Assembly: GCA_040905565.1 (NCBI GenBank)
Contig: JBBDRF010000006.1
Coordinates: forward strand, 1 to 11,008
DNA length: 11,008 nucleotides
Direction: 5' to 3'
DNA from: Phycisphaeraceae bacterium
Lineage (GTDB): Bacteria; Planctomycetota; Phycisphaerae; Phycisphaerales; Zrk34
Shown here: piece after piece, positions 7,964 to 11,008 of the stretch
How positions within the stretch are numbered: position 1 is the first letter of the stretch
Layout of the letters: each line of letters opens with the position of its first letter
Translations under genes and position numbers: made by a program
Notes under the pieces: generated by a model
What the model saw: the letters and a program-made list of their open reading frames with translations, nothing else
Told to the model about the DNA's origin: nothing
Databases searched by the model: none

Positions 7964-7993
7964 AGTGGCAGCACGTTAAAAAGTAGGTGGTGA

Positions 7994-8617
7994 TCAGCGC
8001 GTCAGATCCCGCGTCGTGTTTTCCACCACGGCCGGATATCCCAGCCGGTCGCTCAGACGCCGTTCGATCAGCCGCGTCATCCGCAGCGTCGCCGCATCGT
8101 CCCTGCGAACGTTGAACGACCCGCTCACCTCGGCAAGCCCCAGCCGATCGACAAAATCTTCCGACCCGTCAATCAGCCGCACCGACGTATTCCGCAGTTG
8201 CCCCCGGAATGACGCACCGCCCGGCGTGTTCTGCGGAAACAGGAACCCGGCCCCGCTGTACACACCCGCAGCACCGTCGCTGAAAATCACATAGCGAACC
8301 GTCGCGTTCGTCGAAGTGCGATCAGTCGGCGTCCGCCCCGCACGCGGCACCCAATGCATCTGCAGGTGCACCACCTGACGCGGCGAATCCATCTCCCCTT
8401 CAATCAGCACCACGCGAAGCGTGTTCTCATCCTGGTACGAATAGATGCCGTGGTCGAAATCGCCCCGCAACGCCACGTCCGGATCAAGCACACTGCCGAC
8501 GGTCATCTCGCCGCCGTGTACGCTGCAACCGCCGAGCACCGCCATGCTCAACATCAGCAGCGCCAGCCCAGTGATCGTCAATCTCGAACGTGCCGAGGCC
8601 TGCTCACGAGCGCTCAT
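7994..8617 (-). CDS. Predicted lipoprotein of unknown function (207 aa)
   Basis: Start at ATG 8617 (MSAREQASARSR) gives a basic n-region, a hydrophobic h-region and lipobox LGG-C. The mature part looks beta-rich. It overlaps the upstream amidohydrolase by 14 bp. Confidence 0.8.
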   Translation of the reverse strand: MSAREQASARSRLTITGLALLMLSMAVLGGCSVHGGEMTVGSVLDPDVALRGDFDHGIYSYQDENTLRVVLIEGEMDSPRQVVHLQMHWVPRAGRTPTDRTSTNATVRYVIFSDGAAGVYSGAGFLFPQNTPGGASFRGQLRNTSVRLIDGSEDFVDRLGLAEVSGSFNVRRDDAATLRMTRLIERRLSDRLGYPAVVENTTRDLTR

Positions 8618-9539
8618 GGAGAGCCCCCGCACTGTGCCCCGCCGAACGAGGCAGCGCCCGCGGCGCTTGCGGACGAATCCCGCTGCCCGACGGCCCCGCC
8701 GCAAGCCCCATGGCCTCCAGCGCGTTCCGCTCCACAATCGCACGCAGCTTTTCACGGGGCACGCTCGGCACCGCCGTCCCCTGCGCAAAACGATTCACCG
8801 TATAGATCATCTCGATCGCATACTCCGGGCTGGCGTGGGGGAAATCCGACCCCAGCAGAAGCCGATCCGTCACATCAAGCTGATGCGCCTGCAGCAGTAG
8901 ATTGTAAAGCTGCCACGGCCGAAGGATGATCCCGCTGAGCCCAGCAAAGATATTGCGGTGCTTGGAAACAACGACCAGCGTTTCTTCCATCCACGGATGC
9001 CCGCACTGCGTCAGCATCAGTCGAAGCCTGGGAAAGCAGCGGGCGACCTCGTCGAAAAGGTACGGCCGGGCGTGCTCGAGCATCGAATCCCGCGCGAAGG
9101 GATTGCCCTGATGCACCACCACGGGCAGCCCCAGCGCCTGGCACCGCTCGTAAAGCTTCATCGCTTCACTGTGCGTGGGATGGTAACCCTGCTCAGCGGG
9201 GCTGATCACCACGCCGCTCATGCCGATGTTCGTCAGCTGCTCAAGCTCATCCTGCCAGCCGCGGACCATCGGGTCGATCCCCGCAAAGCCGATCAGCTTG
9301 TCCGGATTCGAAGCGACATAAGCAGCCAACAGCTGATTCGGCACATCCGCGCCGAGCATGCGGCTGCGGAAGCCGAGTACGAACGCAGCATCGACGCAAT
9401 GCATCGCGGCTTCGTGGTTGTGAGGACTCGCGTCCATCTGTTCCCACGGGCCCGCGGCCTGCTGGCGTAACTGCGCGCTGATCTGCGGCCCGAGCTGGTC
9501 GAGGTTCTGCCACAGATGGGTGTGCGTATCCACAATCAT
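8604..9539 (-). CDS. Amidohydrolase family protein (Amidohydro_2-like TIM-barrel metallohydrolase)
   Basis: N-terminal IVDTHTH (HxH), KLIGFAGIDP, LPVVVHQG, CGHPW and LLLGSDFPH motifs. Start at ATG 9539 directly before the HxH strand. Confidence 0.9.
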   Translation of the reverse strand: MIVDTHTHLWQNLDQLGPQISAQLRQQAAGPWEQMDASPHNHEAAMHCVDAAFVLGFRSRMLGADVPNQLLAAYVASNPDKLIGFAGIDPMVRGWQDELEQLTNIGMSGVVISPAEQGYHPTHSEAMKLYERCQALGLPVVVHQGNPFARDSMLEHARPYLFDEVARCFPRLRLMLTQCGHPWMEETLVVVSKHRNIFAGLSGIILRPWQLYNLLLQAHQLDVTDRLLLGSDFPHASPEYAIEMIYTVNRFAQGTAVPSVPREKLRAIVERNALEAMGLAAGPSGSGIRPQAPRALPRSAGHSAGALHERS

Positions 9540-9546
9540 GCCACAC

Positions 9547-9574
9547 ATGGTACCCGACAGGCGCACCGCATCAA
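9547..9574 (-). promoter_or_regulatory. Putative sigma70-type promoter giving a leaderless amidohydrolase mRNA
   Basis: Minus strand TTGATG-N16-TACCAT, then 7 nt (GTGTGGC) before the ATG at 9539. Confidence 0.55.
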
Positions 9575-9606
9575 GACACCACCACCAAACAAGCAACGCG
9601 CCACCC

Positions 9607-9631
9607 CGTTAGCGGGCGATCACAGATCGCC
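9607..9631 (+). repeat. Short hairpin repeat copy 3 (CGTTAGCGGGCGATC-ACA-GATCGCC)
   Basis: 24/25 identical to 7939-7963; located in the divergent promoter region. Confidence 0.8.
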
Positions 9632-9724
9632 GTTGTGAACCCCCAGCTCTCACCTCCGTAAGGGCACCGCCGCCCGTTCATGCGATCCTTATATGTCGTC
9701 CCGCACGCGTCAGCCGCTCGCTGA

Positions 9725-9753
9725 TTGGATTGCCGCTCCGCTTCGGGTACGAT
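9725..9753 (+). promoter_or_regulatory. Putative sigma70-type promoter of hpnH
   Basis: TTGGAT-N17-TACGAT, 42 nt upstream of ATG 9796; AGGGA Shine-Dalgarno-like sequence at 9781-9785. Confidence 0.6.
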
Positions 9754-9795
9754 GACCTGTTCAATTTTGGGGACTGACACAGGGATTTTCCAGTT

Positions 9796-10953
9796 ATGGG
9801 CGTACCGCTCTCTCAGATGTGGACCGTGGCTTCCTACGTGCTCAAACAGCGTTGGAAGGGCAACAAGCATTACCCGCTCGTGTTGATGCTCGAGCCGTTG
9901 TTCCGCTGCAACCTCGCATGTGCCGGCTGCGGCAAGATCCAGTACCCCGCGCACATCCTTAAGAAGGATCTGCCGCTGGAGGACGCCTTGCGTGCCGTCG
10001 ACGAATGCGGCGCCCCCATGGTCTCCATCCCAGGCGGCGAGCCCCTGCTCTACCCCCACATCCGCGAACTCGTCGAGGGCCTTGTGGCGCGTGGCAAGTA
10101 CATTTACCTGTGTACCAATGCGGTGAAGCTTCAGAAAGCGCTGGATGAGAAGTGGTTCAAGCCCAGCAAGTTCCTCAGTTTCTCGGTGCATATGGATGGC
10201 CAGGAGGAACACCACGACTTCGCCGTCTGCCGTGAGGGCGTCTACGAAACCGCCACCGCCGCCATCAGCAACGCCGTGAAGCAGGGCTTCCGCGTCACCA
10301 CCAACACCACGCTGTTCGACGGGTCGGACCCCAACTCCGTCCGCAAGTTCTTCGATGAAATGATGGACATCGGCGTCGAAGGCATGATGCTCAGCCCCGG
10401 TTACGCCTATCCCAAAGCGCCCGATCAGCAGTCGTTCATGACCGAACGCAAGAACACGACCGACTTCTTCGACATGGTCCTCTCCAACCGCAAGAAGAAG
10501 TGGAAGTTCAACCTGTCGCCGTTGTACATGGAATTCCTGATGGGCAAGCGTGACTACGAATGCACGCCCTGGGGCAGCCCCACGTACAACATCTTCGGCT
10601 GGCAAAAGCCCTGCTACCTGCTGCAGGATGGCTACGTCGATACGTTCAACGAGCTCATCGAGACGACCGATTGGGACGCCTACGGCCGCGCCTCGGGCAA
10701 CCCCTCCTGTCAGCAGTGCATGGTCCACTGCGGCTACGAGCCCTCCGCGGTCAACCACACCTTCGCCGGCTTCAACGGCATCTGGGCGAACGTCAAAGCC
10801 ATCCTCTTCAACAGCTACGCCAACCCCGCGGCCAAGCAGAAGCTCAAAGAAGAAGCGAAAAAGCCGCACGGCCCGCTGGCGCAGCTCTCCAACGTCACCA
10901 TCGACGGCAAACCCGTCGTCGACGAAAAAGACAAACAACACGAAGCCGCCTGA
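9796..10953 (+). CDS. hpnH: Adenosyl-hopene transferase HpnH (hopanoid-associated radical SAM protein)
   Basis: YPLVLMLEPLFRCNLACAGCGKIQYP (CxxxCxxC), ECGAPMVSIPGGEPL, YLCTNA, GFRVTTNTT, SPGYAY, CTPWGSPTYNIFGWQKPCYLL and CQQCMVHCGYEPSAV are all characteristic of HpnH. Confidence 0.95.
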   Translation: MGVPLSQMWTVASYVLKQRWKGNKHYPLVLMLEPLFRCNLACAGCGKIQYPAHILKKDLPLEDALRAVDECGAPMVSIPGGEPLLYPHIRELVEGLVARGKYIYLCTNAVKLQKALDEKWFKPSKFLSFSVHMDGQEEHHDFAVCREGVYETATAAISNAVKQGFRVTTNTTLFDGSDPNSVRKFFDEMMDIGVEGMMLSPGYAYPKAPDQQSFMTERKNTTDFFDMVLSNRKKKWKFNLSPLYMEFLMGKRDYECTPWGSPTYNIFGWQKPCYLLQDGYVDTFNELIETTDWDAYGRASGNPSCQQCMVHCGYEPSAVNHTFAGFNGIWANVKAILFNSYANPAAKQKLKEEAKKPHGPLAQLSNVTIDGKPVVDEKDKQHEAA

Positions 10954-11008
10954 CCCCCCCCCACCTTCTCCCGCCGACAGATTAGCGCCGTGCGCACGTT
11001 AGCGGGGG

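Noticed and set aside
5093..7979. Long plus-strand ORFs (5093-6409, 6345-7979) antisense to glyA and the kinase
   Set aside because: Antisense shadows of well-supported genes with no family features.
8618..8788. N-terminal extension of the lipoprotein ORF to 8788
   Set aside because: It lies inside the amidohydrolase gene and would bury the signal peptide; ATG 8617 fits better.
7939..9631. GTTAGCG repeats as attC sites or CRISPR repeats
   Set aside because: No complementary inverse core site or attC-length stem; the copies are kilobases apart and separated by core genes, not regularly spaced, and there are no cas genes.
9571..10941. 456-aa minus-strand ORF antisense to hpnH
   Set aside because: Shadow ORF expected from GC-rich codon bias; no recognisable motifs, whereas hpnH is unambiguous.
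10954..10962. C9 tract after the hpnH stop as a phase-variation site
   Set aside because: Intergenic, with no visible promoter context, and the downstream sequence is outside the window.

Overview
GC-rich bacterial chromosomal window. Gene content and style suggest a planctomycete-like organism (inference only). It is mostly housekeeping. On the minus strand: an EF-G-like paralog (EF-G II type), serS, a small membrane protein, glyA, a membrane PAS/HWE histidine kinase, a predicted lipoprotein and an Amidohydro_2-family metallohydrolase. On the plus strand: a lower-GC membrane-anchored orphan ORF at the left end and the hopanoid radical-SAM enzyme hpnH, divergent from the amidohydrolase, at the right end. 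The unexplained structure is intergenic. Two sequence-unrelated REP-like inverted doublets share the same 32/102/32 bp geometry, and a third short hairpin repeat (GTTAGCGG(G/C)CGATC-N3-GATCGCC) occurs three times, possibly four, always in the same orientation. Several sigma70-like promoters can be read, and one predicts a leaderless mRNA. I found no CRISPR array, RNA gene, transposase or clearly novel multi-gene system; the novelty leads are modest and labelled as inference.
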